Assembly (NCBI GenBank): GCA_003208875.1
Contig: QCUR01000005.1
Location: 32,001 to 96,000 of the forward strand
DNA: 64,000 nucleotides
Origin: Prochlorococcus sp. AG-679-M23
GTDB lineage: Bacteria; Cyanobacteriota; Cyanobacteriia; PCC-6307; Cyanobiaceae
Reading direction: 5' to 3'
The position numbers were made by a program, and so were the translations under genes. The notes below the pieces were generated by a model. It was not told the origin of the DNA and made no database searches. It saw only the letters and a list, made by a program, of their open reading frames with translations. Shown in pieces: positions 61,955-64,000 of this stretch; positions within the stretch are counted from its first letter, which is position 1; each line of letters begins with the position of its first letter.

Positions 61955-63496
61955 ATGGAAGATTATTTAAAAAAAATACTTCAGGCTAAAGTCTATGAAG
62001 TAGCTAAAAAAACACCTTTAGATAAAGCAAATAATTTAAGTAAAGCACTTAAAAATAATATTTATTTGAAAAGAGAAGATCTTCAAGATGTATTTTCTTT
62101 TAAGATAAGAGGTGCCTTTAATAAAATGAGGCAAATTCCACAATCACAACTAACTAATGGAGTTATAACGTCAAGTGCTGGTAATCACGCTCAGGGGGTC
62201 GCACTAAGTGCATTGAAATTAAATTGTAACGCAACTATATTAATGCCAATAACTACACCATTAGTAAAAGTAAATGCTGTAAGAAATCTAAAAGCAACTG
62301 TTATATTATTTGGTGATAATTATGATGAAACCTATAAAGAGGCAATACGCCTTAGTGAAGAAAATAATTTATGTTTTATTCATCCATTCGATGATCCTGA
62401 CGTAATAGCTGGCCAAGGGACAATCGCCATTGAACTAGAAAAACAAGTAAATGAACCACCTGAAGCAATATATGTTGCGGTTGGAGGAGGAGGTTTAATA
62501 GCTGGTATTTCTATATACATAAAAAAAATTTGGCCGCAAGTAAAAATAATTGGTGTAGAGCCTGAAGATGCTGATGCGATGACTAAATCCCTAAAAAATT
62601 CAAAATTAATAGAACTAGCATCAGTTGGTCAGTTTGCTGATGGCGTAGCAGTAAAAAAAGTTGGAGAAAAAACCTTTGAAATCGGAAGAAAATATATCGA
62701 CAAAATGATAACTGTAAATACTGATGAAATATGTGCCGCTATTAAGGATGTTTTTGAAGATACCAGATCAATCCTAGAACCAGCTGGAGCTCTATCTATT
62801 GCAGGAATGAAAAAGGATATTTACGAATCAAAATATGCAAATAAAAATATGATTGCCATCGCATGTGGGGCAAATATGAATTTCGAAAGACTACGATTTG
62901 TAGCAGAAAGATCTGCACTTGGAGAGTACAAAGAAGCAATGTTTGCTGTTGAAATACCAGAAAAAGCAGGTAGCTTAATTAATTTCTGTAGTTTGCTAAA
63001 TAATAGAAATTTAACGGAATTTAGCTATAGGATGTCTAATTCAGTTAATGCTCAAATATTTGTAGGGATCGAGGTTAATGGAGTAATTGATAAAGAAGAA
63101 CTTTTACAAGAATTCAGGAAATCAAATTATCCTTTTATAGATATAAGTAATGATGAATTATCTAAAAATCATCTAAGACATATGGTAGGTGGTCGTTTGC
63201 CTCAAAAATTTACTGAATTAGAAAAATTAAAATATGTCGAATTGCTGTATAGATTTGAGTTTCCAGAAAGACCAGGAGCTTTAATAAATTTTCTAAAAAA
63301 TATGAAATCAAATTGGACAATAAGCATCTTTCACTATAGAAATCATGGTTCTGATGTAGGAAAAATTGTTATAGGAGTATTAATAGATAATGCTGAAATT
63401 AATGACTGGAATAAATTTGTTGCATTCTTAGGATATAAATACTGGGATGAAACTAATAATCAAACATATAAATTATTCCTTGGTGCATCTGATTAA
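61955..63496 (+). CDS. ilvA: Threonine ammonia-lyase, biosynthetic
   Basis: SFKIRGA, SAGNHAQG, GGGGL, two ACT-like domains (FPERPGAL, FHYRNHG). Confidence 0.98.
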   Translation: MEDYLKKILQAKVYEVAKKTPLDKANNLSKALKNNIYLKREDLQDVFSFKIRGAFNKMRQIPQSQLTNGVITSSAGNHAQGVALSALKLNCNATILMPITTPLVKVNAVRNLKATVILFGDNYDETYKEAIRLSEENNLCFIHPFDDPDVIAGQGTIAIELEKQVNEPPEAIYVAVGGGGLIAGISIYIKKIWPQVKIIGVEPEDADAMTKSLKNSKLIELASVGQFADGVAVKKVGEKTFEIGRKYIDKMITVNTDEICAAIKDVFEDTRSILEPAGALSIAGMKKDIYESKYANKNMIAIACGANMNFERLRFVAERSALGEYKEAMFAVEIPEKAGSLINFCSLLNNRNLTEFSYRMSNSVNAQIFVGIEVNGVIDKEELLQEFRKSNYPFIDISNDELSKNHLRHMVGGRLPQKFTELEKLKYVELLYRFEFPERPGALINFLKNMKSNWTISIFHYRNHGSDVGKIVIGVLIDNAEINDWNKFVAFLGYKYWDETNNQTYKLFLGASD

Positions 63497-63579
63497 AAAT
63501 AAGGTAACTTGGAAAAGAGTTAGGTAATAAAAAAATTAATCAAGCTGATCTAATTACTAAAAAATTAACCGATATAAGT

Positions 63580-64000
63580 TTGGTTACAAGAGTTGAGGCT
63601 GTTCTGTATCTTAAAGGTAGACCAATATCAAAAAAGAATCTTTCAGAAATTACTAATGCGGATATTAAATCTATTGACAAGGCATTAAGAGAATTAAAGG
63701 AAAAATACTCAAACACAAAATCTGCTATAGAATTAAATGAAATTAATAGTTGTTATTGCCTAGAGTTAAAATCAATTCTAAATGAATTTGTAGAGGATTT
63801 ATTACCATCTGAATTAAGAACATCAGAATTAAGGACACTTGCAACAATTGCAATTAAGAAAAAAATATTGCAATCAGATCTTATAGTTTTAAGAGGGTCA
63901 GGAGCCTACGACCATATAAAAGAATTAACAAATAAAAATTTTATTATTAAACGTAAGCAAAAAGATGGGAGATCTTATTGGCTATCATTATCTGAAAAAT
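63580..64000 (+). CDS. scpB: SMC-Scp complex subunit ScpB, partial (runs off window end)
   Basis: Manual translation ..VTRVEAVLYLKGRPI...LRTLATIAIKKKILQSDL...RGSGAYDHIKEL; start uncertain (TTG 63580, frame open from 63508). Confidence 0.88.
   Translation, partial: MVTRVEAVLYLKGRPISKKNLSEITNADIKSIDKALRELKEKYSNTKSAIELNEINSCYCLELKSILNEFVEDLLPSELRTSELRTLATIAIKKKILQSDLIVLRGSGAYDHIKELTNKNFIIKRKQKDGRSYWLSLSEK

Overview
Very AT-rich, compact cyanobacterial chromosome segment, almost certainly a high-light-type Prochlorococcus (inferred from psaK, psb30, DUF1651 proteins, gene order and codon bias). Most of it is core genome: rnr-like, ftsH, 2-Cys prx, metG, rpsR/rpmG, pheT, metH, ilvE, cobN, uvrC, leuS, pgi, argC, ribBA, dnaK3/dnaJ, htpG, dxs, ilvA and scpB. 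There are three tRNAs: Thr-CGT, Met-CAT and Ser-GGA. Two regions stand out. (1) A ~6 kb tRNA-associated micro-island (6.2-12.2 kb) is packed with 38-121 aa ORFs, many missed by the ORF track. It also holds a glutamine-II (Downstream-peptide) riboswitch, an NtcA-type promoter, an RHH regulator with candidate operators, two related hairpins, a shared 22-bp tandem motif and a CP12-C-terminus-like protein. (2) The 21.3-22.1 kb interval after pheT carries three copies of a 47-bp bipartite palindromic element: two TCTYRTATRAGA boxes 35 bp apart with a directional central AGAC. The array abuts a gene for an RHH-like DNA-binding domain fused to an HPD J-domain, and this pair is my best candidate for an undescribed system. 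The FtsH here lacks the HExxH zinc motif. No integrase, transposase or CRISPR array was seen. All calls come from reading the sequence by eye; no database searches were run.
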